The notes beneath the pieces are model-generated. The model searched no databases, was not told the origin of the DNA, and worked only from the letters and a program-made list of their open reading frames with translations. A program made the position numbers and the translations under genes. Of a DNA stretch of 64,000 nucleotides, positions 26,326-35,162 are shown in pieces. Numbering within the stretch: position 1 is the stretch's first letter; the number at the start of each line of letters is the position of its first letter. Source of the stretch: a virus; IMG/VR virus record IMGVR_UViG_3300020599_000003, positions 1 through 64,000 of that record; one strand, 5' to 3'.

Positions 26326-26961
26326 TTAGCGAGCGGACGTTGTCGGCATTGGTATCTTACACGCTTTGAAGAATGCCTTCGCCTCATCCACACTCACGGC
26401 GCTCGGAAGCCCACGGCCGGGCTTTAGAGTATTCCGGCCATCTAGTACATAGTGGATCGCATTCCATGTAGGCGCACTTCCTCGAACCAGAGGGCCGTAC
26501 CGCAGGGTAATGAGCTTGACGTTGGACTTAATGCCACGATTCTGTTCTGCTACTGACGGTACTTTGGGTATCACGCCTTGGAACGGAACCTTGCGCCCAT
26601 TGAACTCTACCACAAAGTAGAATGGCTTGCCGATGGCAACACCTTTGGCCGTAGAGACGGCATCCCGTATAGCGTCTTCTGCCGTAGCAGCCGTAACCAC
26701 CCTACTCTGAAGTGCTGCACGTGTAAACGCAGCAGAGAGGGCTCTTGCGAAGGAAGCTTCCACCTTCGCCAGGATGAATCGGTCCGTTGCCACTGAAGCC
26801 TTCACCCCGGCCATTCGCTTGAAGATACAAGTGATGTACGCATAGTCATTACCACGACCTTCTTCCTTGGCGCGCTCCTTGGCCTTGTCCCATTTCTTTT
26901 CGAGGGCACTGACAGAACCGTGCCCCTCCTTTGCGAGCTTCTTGATGAATGCGGTCGGCAT
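26326..26961 (-). CDS. Hypothetical protein with basic N-terminal helical (ChaB-like?) domain
   Basis: MPTAFIKKLAKEG...LEKKWDKAK...DYAYITCIFKRM. Confidence 0.5.
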   Translation of the reverse strand: MPTAFIKKLAKEGHGSVSALEKKWDKAKERAKEEGRGNDYAYITCIFKRMAGVKASVATDRFILAKVEASFARALSAAFTRAALQSRVVTAATAEDAIRDAVSTAKGVAIGKPFYFVVEFNGRKVPFQGVIPKVPSVAEQNRGIKSNVKLITLRYGPLVRGSAPTWNAIHYVLDGRNTLKPGRGLPSAVSVDEAKAFFKACKIPMPTTSAR

Positions 26962-26964
26962 GGC

Positions 26965-27705
26965 TTACTCTCCGTGTAGGGTGACCGTGAACGATGTCGG
27001 GTTGTCGGTCCATTCAGACAGTGGACGATGTACCCAATGAGCTTCACCTGACGCATCCAAGACCATGTCAGGGAATGTGGCATAGTCTCGGTCCCATGCG
27101 ACGCTGACCGTGCGCCCGGTAGCGCCAACGATGGCGACTGTGAGGTCGCAGAAGCCTGCGTAGATATCATCACCTGTCTCTGAGTCGGTGCCTACTACTT
27201 CCGTGTATCCGTGGAAAGTCAGAGTCATGGTCCAGGAGTCGTTACTCACAGAGTACGGGCCGTAGTCCTGCACCTGATCCTCTCCCGATGGGCTTCCGCC
27301 CATGGACGGGACCATATGTTCCGATGGAGTAGTGAATACGATCTGTGCAGGAACGCAGCTACCACCGACCGTGACCCACGGAGTGCACTCCCAGACGCCG
27401 GTCGTGTAGTTGAACGTACACGTCCGAGCCTGATCGTAGCCGGGGCCAGTAAACCCCGGACCGCAATCCAGGTGCTGCGTCTCGGCGGGCTTGGCGGGCA
27501 CCAATTGGCATTGACCTCCGACAGTTACCCACGGAGTCATGTCCCACGCGAACGTCACGTAGTTGAATGTCCCCGTGCGAGTCTGATCGAGGCCCGGACC
27601 CCATTCACTCGGATACGGGCAGTCCACATGCTGCGTGGTCGGCGGCATGTCAGGCTTCACACGGGGCTGGATTGCCGCAATAGAACGCACAGCAAAGGAG
27701 CTCAT
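26965..27705 (-). CDS. Putative tail-fibre-associated protein with two Cys-bounded repeats
   Basis: CP..W.GPG.DQ.R..TFNY.T..W..TPWVTVGG.C twice; coupled to the fibre gene. Confidence 0.6.
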   Translation of the reverse strand: MSSFAVRSIAAIQPRVKPDMPPTTQHVDCPYPSEWGPGLDQTRTGTFNYVTFAWDMTPWVTVGGQCQLVPAKPAETQHLDCGPGFTGPGYDQARTCTFNYTTGVWECTPWVTVGGSCVPAQIVFTTPSEHMVPSMGGSPSGEDQVQDYGPYSVSNDSWTMTLTFHGYTEVVGTDSETGDDIYAGFCDLTVAIVGATGRTVSVAWDRDYATFPDMVLDASGEAHWVHRPLSEWTDNPTSFTVTLHGE

Positions 27706-29975
27706 GGTGCAGTGTCTCCGAAGAGGATGAAGCTATTCAGCGACGGGACCCATTTCAGGCTGGCGACCGTGTTCGGCGACATATTCAGACCGCCGGACGC
27801 CGTGGCACGCACTGCACCTGCGAAGGTCAGCACAGTGCCCGCCGTGAAGTTGAAGATCGAGCACTCCTGGAAGATGGCTCCGTGCGCCGTCGTCAGGGTG
27901 ATGGTCTGCGAAGCGCCGGTGATGTTGTACACCACACCGTTCACGGCGGTAGCCGGATCGAACGTGGCGACGTCGACCACTGGAGCCGTCTGATCCGTCG
28001 GATAAACCGCATACGTGTTGTCGCTGAGCAGACGGAAGTGAACCACCATGCCAGGAGCAATCGGGGGCGGCGCACCCTTGACGGCACCCGTAAGTGTGAT
28101 GGTCGAACCCTGGCTGCTGTACACCGAGAACTGGTGCGCTACCTTGGCTTGATCCGGGTCCGGCGGCACGGGAACATTCCAGGTAGTGCTGGCTCCGGTG
28201 TATTCGTAGAAGGCTCCGCCTACGAGGTAGGTCGTGTTGTTGTCCGGCAGCACGGCCGTGACGATACCACCGTCTTCCGGCAGCGCGTCCACATCGTCGT
28301 AGTCCAGCGTGACGTCGGGGCCGGGCTGGTTGTTCACCGTCAGAACCACACCGGGGATGGTGATGATGCCGTCCGTGTCGATGTTGACGCCGTTGCCACC
28401 CTTCACCACACCCAACGATGCGTTGGTGGCCGTCGGCACCGTGATGAGACCGTTACCATCAACGTTGATGTTGTCACCGATTTGCACCAGACCCAGAGCG
28501 TTCTTGGTGGCTGGTGCGACCGAGCCGGTGACAATCCAGCTGGAGAAGGTGCCACCTGCGTTGGAGCGGTAGGCCAGACCCTCTGCCTGCGTCCAGCGCT
28601 GAGTGACCGTGCCGGGCGCAGTACCAGCACCGACAGGCACGACTTCCAGCGTGGCGGGGCCAGCCGGCAGAGGAGGTGCGCTGACCAGTCCGGCACTGTT
28701 GTTCGTGTAGAACAGTCCGGTCGTCCGATACACTGCGCTGCTCAGATCAGCACCACCAGGGATCAGCGTGGGGTTCACCAGACCGGTGACCGTGGGGATA
28801 AGCCCGGATGTGTTGATCTGGAGGGTCTCGTTGGCGTCCAGATACAGCGGCGTGTTGACCGAGTCGATCTTCATGCCGCCGCGCTGCGTGTCCGATGCCA
28901 GGAACGGCATGAACGCGGGCGGGATATTCAGCAGGTGACCGTACTGACCCGTATGACCGACCTGGGAAATCTCGACGGTGAACGAACCTCCGTCCCCGGC
29001 CTGGACTGCAGGCTCACCATTGAACATGAGCTTGGTCCAGTCCACGCCGATATGGCCTGCGCTGTCCAGTGTCAGGGATTCCAGCGGCATGACTGCACCG
29101 ACTGCAGTCCGGGTGGCGATGGGCAGGTTGCCGCTCTCCAGCGTCAGCGGATTGCGCTTCTGGATGAAGATGGTGTCGCCCACGTCCGGCGTCATTGTCA
29201 GCGGCGTGTTGAAGCTCAGCCGCCACGTCGTACCCGACTGGTTGGTCGTCTTGATATAGCGGCAGATCCCATACAGGCGACCCGTGTTGAACTGGAGGAT
29301 CAGCTGGCCGAAGTAGGCCGGGATCATGTTCTCGTTGTAGTCCGTCGCGTCGATGGTGACACTGTTCGAGTCGAAGCCCACGATGGTGGCACGCAGCGTG
29401 TCTGCCAGATCGTATCCACCGAAGGCCCACAAGCCCTGACGATCCGTGACCGCCAGGATGCTCTGTTGATTGTCGTCGGCACCCGGCATGATATAGATGT
29501 TCGGGTACGCGTCCCTCGGTTGCGGTAGTTGATCCGGAGAGTTCACCCGAGCAACCTGGAGCTGATTGTTCGTCGACGCGAGGTCCAACCAGATAACGTA
29601 GTTATCACCCACCATGCTGACGAAGATCAGGAGATTCACCTTGTTACCGAGGTTTGCTCCCCCGACGTTGATCTTCTCGATCAGCTTGTCAGCGGCGAAC
29701 AGGGCGAACAGGTCACCGTTCGGGAGGAACAGGCCAACCTCACCGAACTCGAAGGGACCTACGTTCATGTCCATGAACACCGACCAGCGAACGATGTTCG
29801 GGGACGTAGCCATCGGCTCCGAGGGTTGCGTGCGCCAGACCTCGTTCCCGTGGATGTCTGTGTCCGTCGGTGCAGGGATGTAGTTGTAGCCATCGCCGAT
29901 CTTGGCGAGAGGAATATTGACGAGCTGACTGCCCTGGAGTGCAGCAACCCCGGCGGCGGTTAGTTGGCCGATCAT
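27702..29975 (-). CDS. Tail fibre / baseplate-anchored fibre protein
   Basis: N-terminal LTAAGVAAL...KIGDG...EVGLF baseplate-attachment pattern; repeated PAT..LG.V..G.N..VDG.G.I units. Confidence 0.8.
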   Translation of the reverse strand: MIGQLTAAGVAALQGSQLVNIPLAKIGDGYNYIPAPTDTDIHGNEVWRTQPSEPMATSPNIVRWSVFMDMNVGPFEFGEVGLFLPNGDLFALFAADKLIEKINVGGANLGNKVNLLIFVSMVGDNYVIWLDLASTNNQLQVARVNSPDQLPQPRDAYPNIYIMPGADDNQQSILAVTDRQGLWAFGGYDLADTLRATIVGFDSNSVTIDATDYNENMIPAYFGQLILQFNTGRLYGICRYIKTTNQSGTTWRLSFNTPLTMTPDVGDTIFIQKRNPLTLESGNLPIATRTAVGAVMPLESLTLDSAGHIGVDWTKLMFNGEPAVQAGDGGSFTVEISQVGHTGQYGHLLNIPPAFMPFLASDTQRGGMKIDSVNTPLYLDANETLQINTSGLIPTVTGLVNPTLIPGGADLSSAVYRTTGLFYTNNSAGLVSAPPLPAGPATLEVVPVGAGTAPGTVTQRWTQAEGLAYRSNAGGTFSSWIVTGSVAPATKNALGLVQIGDNINVDGNGLITVPTATNASLGVVKGGNGVNIDTDGIITIPGVVLTVNNQPGPDVTLDYDDVDALPEDGGIVTAVLPDNNTTYLVGGAFYEYTGASTTWNVPVPPDPDQAKVAHQFSVYSSQGSTITLTGAVKGAPPPIAPGMVVHFRLLSDNTYAVYPTDQTAPVVDVATFDPATAVNGVVYNITGASQTITLTTAHGAIFQECSIFNFTAGTVLTFAGAVRATASGGLNMSPNTVASLKWVPSLNSFILFGDTAP

Positions 29976-30037
29976 GTAGATGTCCTCAGTTGGAGATGCC
30001 CTCAGCCCTCACAAAGTGGGGTAAATGAGGTGTAGGA

Positions 30038-30047
30038 CATAAAATTG
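30038..30047 (-). promoter_or_regulatory. CAATTTTATG motif upstream of the fibre operon
   Basis: CATAAAATTG on + strand, 62 nt before the fibre ATG. Confidence 0.45.
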
Positions 30048-30072
30048 CACAGTACCTATCAAGGAGAATCAC

Positions 30073-30165
30073 ATGAGCCATACTGTCCGTCACGTCCCGC
30101 TTGGGTGGGAAGTGTGCCCTGATGTCAAGGACGCCCATTTCATGAAGGTGTACGAATGTCATTGA
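30073..30165 (+). CDS. 30-aa small ORF
   Basis: Strong RBS AAGGAG; overlaps the next start; absent from the ORF track. Confidence 0.45.
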   Translation: MSHTVRHVPLGWEVCPDVKDAHFMKVYECH

Positions 30166-31091
30166 CGCTCCGACCTACGGCGGCGTTGTCCATCAAAGCT
30201 GATCTTCTCAAGATGCACAATTCGGCGCTCACGGCGGTCGCGGAGTACGGAACGAAGGACCTGTCTCGCCTCCAGACCATCCGAGCGTCGCAGTTGCCGT
30301 TCTGCCCTCTGAGCTACATCCTGAGCGTAGCTCGTGGTGGACCTCACACAGTCATGAACTATCACATGGCGTACTTCACGTCGGTGGGTACTACCGTCCA
30401 CGAGGTCATGCAGCGATACCACGGCAAGACGGGTCAATTCCTGGCGGATTGGCACTGCCCGGTCTGCAAGAAGTGGAAGCGTATGTCGCACGAACCGATG
30501 TGCTGCGGCAAGCTCAGCGAGTACCACGAGCTCCTCATCCGCCTCCCCACGGTCGTCGGCCACATCGACGGCGTGTACAAAGCGTCCGACGGCTCCTACT
30601 GGATTGTGGACTACAAGACAACTTCTACTGCTGCCGTCAATGGCGGCAAGGTCAACAATCCTGGGCGTGCCTACACGGAGCAGGTCGAGGCGTATGCCTG
30701 GGCCATGGGGGAGCAATACAATGTTCGCATCAAGGGTGTGTGCCTGATGTTCATCATTCGGGACAACCCCACAACCCCTCACATCTGGGCCAAGGAGCTG
30801 ACTGATGCCGACTTCAAGAAGATCGGTCGCCGTCTGGAGCGCTACACTGAGCAGCACAAGAAGGCGTACCTCGTCGGCACCAAGGACCAGCTCAAGTGGG
30901 CCTGGAAGAACCGCCTCTGCCTCCCAACTGAGATAGAAGACACTGCCCCTATGTGCCCGTTCAGGCGAGGTTGTGAGGACTCTGATCCGACCGAAGCCAT
31001 CGCGTGGTTCGAGCAGGGCGTCCGCAAGGGCTATCTACCCATCAAACGTATGGTCGAGCGGGAGCTCGCCGCCAAATCGAAGGAGAAGTAA
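30156..31091 (+). CDS. Cas4-like PD-(D/E)xK exonuclease with probable Fe-S cluster
   Basis: FCP...GHIDG...IVDYKT...Q..AYA...C..CPF...C. Confidence 0.85.
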   Translation: MSLTLRPTAALSIKADLLKMHNSALTAVAEYGTKDLSRLQTIRASQLPFCPLSYILSVARGGPHTVMNYHMAYFTSVGTTVHEVMQRYHGKTGQFLADWHCPVCKKWKRMSHEPMCCGKLSEYHELLIRLPTVVGHIDGVYKASDGSYWIVDYKTTSTAAVNGGKVNNPGRAYTEQVEAYAWAMGEQYNVRIKGVCLMFIIRDNPTTPHIWAKELTDADFKKIGRRLERYTEQHKKAYLVGTKDQLKWAWKNRLCLPTEIEDTAPMCPFRRGCEDSDPTEAIAWFEQGVRKGYLPIKRMVERELAAKSKEK

Positions 31092-31092
31092 C

Positions 31093-31536
31093 GTGTCGAC
31101 AGCCAATCGTTTCGTAGTCATCCTCATCAGCCTGTGGTCGCGCTGGAAGATGCTAGTTCCAGCAGCACTCGTCATCTTGGCCTCCCTCTCCAGTCTGTAC
31201 CAATTCATCTCGGCCTTGTGCGTGGTGATGGGATTCTCCTTCGCCTATGTGAGGTTCTGGTGCGACCGCAAGAGGATCCTCCTCACCGAGGCGCAGGCTG
31301 AATTCCTGGTCGCACACAGCAGCGAATCCTTCCTCCGGCGCCTGGCTCTGCGCCCTCCCGAAACCCTCCACGATCTGTGGGAGGCTCTGAAGGCGGAGGA
31401 GCAGGCTGGGCAGGAAGCGCTGGCAGCACAGCGCCGGAACAGCCTTGTCAAGATCTTCCAACTCAATCGCCAGGAGTCCGATTACGACGAGGCGAAGGAG
31501 CAGCGTCAGGCAGAGGAGCAGCAAGAGTGTCTGTGA
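31093..31536 (+). CDS. Membrane protein
   Basis: GTG start with AGGAG upstream; N-terminal TM helices. Confidence 0.55.
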   Translation: MSTANRFVVILISLWSRWKMLVPAALVILASLSSLYQFISALCVVMGFSFAYVRFWCDRKRILLTEAQAEFLVAHSSESFLRRLALRPPETLHDLWEALKAEEQAGQEALAAQRRNSLVKIFQLNRQESDYDEAKEQRQAEEQQECL

Positions 31537-31745
31537 ACACCGCAACACTCTTGCTCGTCGTGGTCGCATTCTGCGGGGCGCTTCTACGCCCTGAAACGTG
31601 GTTGGCGTCCCTTATCATGATCGCGTGCTGCGGTCTTCGATTACTCCTAGTCCCTACGAAGCGCCTCATGCGCGAAGCCTCGACCTGGGATGTCGCTGTA
31701 GTCATTGTGTGCGCCTTCTTCACCTTATTATCAAACCTCAGGTGA
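31533..31745 (+). CDS. Small membrane protein
   Basis: GTGA overlap; hydrophobic. Confidence 0.5.
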   Translation: MNTATLLLVVVAFCGALLRPETWLASLIMIACCGLRLLLVPTKRLMREASTWDVAVVIVCAFFTLLSNLR

Positions 31746-31748
31746 TTC

Positions 31749-32333
31749 ATGTCAAGCAACTTCCCCATCCATGGGCCGGACCTCCAATTCTACCTCAATG
31801 CCGAGAAGGTGCATCTCGACTTTCGGGGCATGACCGGCCAGGAGTTCTGCAACAAGTTCGGCTTCCTCAGCTTGAAGGAAACACTCGGCAAGCCGGTCGG
31901 CAACAATCCGACGTACATGCTGCGCGTGACGAAGTGCCTGTTTGAGCAGCACTGGTACGAATCTGTTGTGGCGACCGTCGTGTGGTCCATCGCGCATCGT
32001 CTGGACTTGCGCAACGTCAACTACTCGTGGGTCATGGGTCGCGAGGACCACAACTATGACTGGGCTCCCAAGTTCTCGCTGACCGGTGACTTCGTTCTGC
32101 AGGATAGCGAGGAGCCGGACGATCCGCCCTATGAGACGGAGCGCGTCAGTCTGGCCCGTGTCATCCCCTCACCTGTCATGTCTGACGTTCACCGCAGCCT
32201 GAACGTGTGGCGGGACTTCGTGGTCGCCGAATTCTTTCAGGAGCGCGCCCACCGCGCCTTGGAAGCAGCTATCAAGGTCGCGACCGACGCCCGTACCGCC
32301 TGGGACGAGCATCGCAAACTTCATCCTAACTAG
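31749..32333 (+). CDS. Hypothetical protein
   Basis: RBS AGGTG. Confidence 0.7.
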   Translation: MSSNFPIHGPDLQFYLNAEKVHLDFRGMTGQEFCNKFGFLSLKETLGKPVGNNPTYMLRVTKCLFEQHWYESVVATVVWSIAHRLDLRNVNYSWVMGREDHNYDWAPKFSLTGDFVLQDSEEPDDPPYETERVSLARVIPSPVMSDVHRSLNVWRDFVVAEFFQERAHRALEAAIKVATDARTAWDEHRKLHPN

Positions 32334-32342
32334 GAGCATAAC

Positions 32343-32699
32343 ATGCCCGAAGCAAATCTCATCACTGAAGACGACAAGGTCATCCTGGCCCTCATCGGTT
32401 GGGACGCCATGCTGAACAGCAGCGAAGAAAACGAAATGGCCCTCAAGTGGCTCGCCCTGGCCCGTGCCGCTGATGGTAACGCCGTGGACTGCATCAAGGC
32501 GGCGTTCGCTCGTGGCCCTCTGTACGATGGTGACGTCCCGAGCAAGGCCGGGCGGGACTGGTGCCTGGAGCAAGGTCTGATCGCCAAGGTCATCGTGCGC
32601 GGCGAATGGGGCTACAACGCGCTGACGTACAAGGGCGCGTGGGTCTACAAGGTTCTCATCGCAATGGGCGCTGAAGCCCCGAAGAAGGAGCTCTCGTGA
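32343..32699 (+). CDS. Hypothetical protein
   Basis: RBS AGGAG. Confidence 0.7.
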   Translation: MPEANLITEDDKVILALIGWDAMLNSSEENEMALKWLALARAADGNAVDCIKAAFARGPLYDGDVPSKAGRDWCLEQGLIAKVIVRGEWGYNALTYKGAWVYKVLIAMGAEAPKKELS

Positions 32700-32848
32700 A
32701 ATACGTCGTAGTGCAAGTCGTGCGCAAGGTGCGCAACCCTGATGGTACGACCGGCGAAGAAACGCTGGAACTGCCGGTGATATTCCCGAAGGAACTGGTC
32801 CACGCGACCTTCCCCGACACCTCCCGCGGTGTCTACACCACCCTCTAA
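32696..32848 (+). CDS. 50-aa hypothetical protein
   Basis: RBS AAGGAG, GTGA overlap; MKYVVVQV...ELPVIFPKELVH; absent from the ORF track. Confidence 0.55.
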   Translation: MKYVVVQVVRKVRNPDGTTGEETLELPVIFPKELVHATFPDTSRGVYTTL

Positions 32849-32865
32849 TTCTCCTGGAAACTTTG

Positions 32866-33198
32866 ATGAACCGTTCTGTGAAATCGACCCTGGTGGCCCT
32901 CGTACTTGGCGTGGTGTGCATGAGCGTGGCAACCGATTCGGAAGCCCGTCGCCGCTGGGGCAGTCGTTCGTATAGCATCCCCAAACCTTCCGCGCCCAAG
33001 CCCTCGGCACCGGCCCCTACGGTCATCCACCAGAACAGCGGCGGCTCCGGCTTCATGCCTTCGCTGATCGGCGGTGCCATCGGCGCCAGCATGATGTCTG
33101 GTGGGCACCCTCGTGAAGAGGAGCCGCGCCAAGCCAACCAACTGCCGCAGCAACGCCCTAACACGGGCGACCACATCACCCCCGTCCGCGTACCCTGA
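32866..33198 (+). CDS. Secreted Pro/Gly-rich protein
   Basis: Signal-peptide-like N-terminus; GFMPSLIGGAIG. Confidence 0.6.
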   Translation: MNRSVKSTLVALVLGVVCMSVATDSEARRRWGSRSYSIPKPSAPKPSAPAPTVIHQNSGGSGFMPSLIGGAIGASMMSGGHPREEEPRQANQLPQQRPNTGDHITPVRVP

Positions 33199-33206
33199 GG
33201 TCAGCA

Positions 33207-33548
33207 ATGCAACAGAACTATGTCCGCCGTCTGCTCAAGCGCCCGCACCCGCAGATGCTCACTCACGATGCTCAGCGCCGCAGCTATCCCGACCTGATCC
33301 AAGACTATCGGCAAGACGCGCGCCGCGCAGGTCGTTGTGGCAAGACCCCGTTGCTGGTGCAGGAACTGGAACGTCGCATACTCAAGAAGGGCCTGTTCGC
33401 CGCCCGCTACGGGGCGTCCCCGATTGTAATGGGCTCCACGCAGTCGGGCCGTCAGACCACGTTCGCTGACATCGAGCGCCTCTGGCAATCCACCAACTCG
33501 GCGTGGGTCACCAAGGAACTGCGCGACAACACTTTCGGTGGAGGCTGA
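33207..33548 (+). CDS. Hypothetical protein
   Basis: RBS GAGG. Confidence 0.6.
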   Translation: MQQNYVRRLLKRPHPQMLTHDAQRRSYPDLIQDYRQDARRAGRCGKTPLLVQELERRILKKGLFAARYGASPIVMGSTQSGRQTTFADIERLWQSTNSAWVTKELRDNTFGGG

Positions 33549-33741
33549 TGGCGTTGGCTGCTCGGTAAGCGATCCGCATCTTAGAGGACGACAAGCCCAT
33601 AATTGCGCTGTACGGCTACACCACGATAGATTTGCACGAACAAACGCAAAGCTCTCGCCAGCCTCCGGGAAGTAAATAGCACCGTAACCATCGTGCTCCC
33701 CGAGGATGCCGGTAAGAGCACTCAACTCACGCAGGAATAGA

Positions 33742-34818
33742 ATGGCTCTCGACACGAAGTACCGACCCAAGACCCTCAACCAGTGCATCGGCCACGAAGC
33801 CGCCGTCACAATGATGCGCGGCTTTGTGAATGGACGACCTCCGAAACTCCTGGTCATCTCCGGACCAACCTCGTCAGGTAAGACGACCCTCGGGCGCATT
33901 CTGGCAGGTGAGTTGAATGGCTATGATCCTCAGGGCAACCCATACGACTACATGGAAGTCGATGGTGGTCAGTACCGCACCAAGGAGGAACTACTCAGCC
34001 TGACCCGCACGGCGGCGTTCATGCCGCAGCGTGGCAAGTATCGCGTGATCCTGATCGACGAGTTTCAGCATGTCCTGGGGAATGCCCAGGCTGTCCCTGT
34101 TCTGCTGAAGGCTACTGAAGAGCCGCCCCCGCGCACGATCTGGATCTTCTGCACGATGGACCCTACCAAACTCCAGACAGACAAGAATGGGAAGGCCATC
34201 CTCAACCGATCTGTACAGATCACCCTGAAGCAGCACACCAACGAGGACTTGTTCAAGCAGGGTGTCCGCATCGTCAAGAACGAGAAGATGGGGTTCATCA
34301 GCCCTGACTTACTCAAGCAGATCGTCCTCGAATCCAACAACGAGATGCGTACTCTGGCTCACAACATCGAGTCGGTGGCAGCATTCTACTCCGGGTTGGC
34401 GAAGAAGCGTCCGCTCACCCCTGCGGACATCCAGATCGGCCTGAAGTCGGTCAACGCGGACAACGAAAACGTCGTCAAGAGGTACCTGACTGCCCTGTAT
34501 GGAGGCTCCTTCGTCGAAGCAGCCAAAGCCATCATGGATATCGAGGACGACGTGAGCTTCGTCAATCAGGCTCTGTGGGCGGCGAAGTTCGTGCTGTACG
34601 TCAAGGGGCTGGGCGTCACCAAGCACAAGAAGGTTCTCTGGTACGGCAACAACAGGGAGATTCTGGAAGCCGTCAACAAACTCCAGAAGAAGCCTACGGT
34701 CGGGGACTTGGCGGCGGTTGTCACCATGTTGATCAAGGTGCGTTCGATGCTCACGACGGGCAACCTCGAGGACCACCTGACTGCTGCAACTTTCCACTAC
34801 CTCAACGGTGATGACTGA
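33742..34818 (+). CDS. Clamp loader AAA+ subunit (DnaX gamma/tau-like)
   Basis: LDTKYRPKTL...IGHE, GPTSSGKTT, IDEFQ, LLKATEEPP. Confidence 0.88.
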   Translation: MALDTKYRPKTLNQCIGHEAAVTMMRGFVNGRPPKLLVISGPTSSGKTTLGRILAGELNGYDPQGNPYDYMEVDGGQYRTKEELLSLTRTAAFMPQRGKYRVILIDEFQHVLGNAQAVPVLLKATEEPPPRTIWIFCTMDPTKLQTDKNGKAILNRSVQITLKQHTNEDLFKQGVRIVKNEKMGFISPDLLKQIVLESNNEMRTLAHNIESVAAFYSGLAKKRPLTPADIQIGLKSVNADNENVVKRYLTALYGGSFVEAAKAIMDIEDDVSFVNQALWAAKFVLYVKGLGVTKHKKVLWYGNNREILEAVNKLQKKPTVGDLAAVVTMLIKVRSMLTTGNLEDHLTAATFHYLNGDD

Positions 34819-35042
34819 TGGTCCAAGGGACCACCCTTCCCGCAGGCACACGTATCGAGCGAGAGCTGAACGTGTACGAGGTCGTCGATCCAGGCGACCG
34901 TCTCGTCCTGCTACGCTGCGTCTACTTCGTGTGTGAGGAAGACATGGGCGACCGCATCTTCTGCACCCACCTCAACCAAGAACTCTGGATGGCGAAGTTC
35001 CACCTCCCGTCCTACAACATCAGTAACTACGTCCCCGAGTAG
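34818..35042 (+). CDS. Hypothetical protein
   Basis: TGATG coupling; ends in TAG in frame with the BCS1-like gene. Confidence 0.55.
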   Translation: MVQGTTLPAGTRIERELNVYEVVDPGDRLVLLRCVYFVCEEDMGDRIFCTHLNQELWMAKFHLPSYNISNYVPE

Positions 35043-35162
35043 AGCCTCGTAGGAGTCGTAAGGGACCTGACCGAAGCCGAGCGCCAAGCACGCCAAGATG
35101 AAGCCGACAAGAAGCGCGATGAAGAGCATGCTCTCCCACCTCAACCCGTCTCAGGAACAAGA

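Noticed and set aside
27882-29528. Long antisense ORFs (also 8277-9551, 16227-17573, 35277-36467, 58161-59438, 60118-61545)
   Set aside because: Shadows of GC-rich codon bias opposite well-supported genes; no RBS or motifs.
30156-31091. CRISPR-Cas locus
   Set aside because: The Cas4-like gene is solo; no cas1/cas2 or array in the window.
33548-33679. TAA-interrupted ORF MALAAR*AIRILEDD...
   Set aside because: Codon usage is atypical (TTA, ATA, TTG) and no motif is recognisable; more likely the clamp-loader promoter region.
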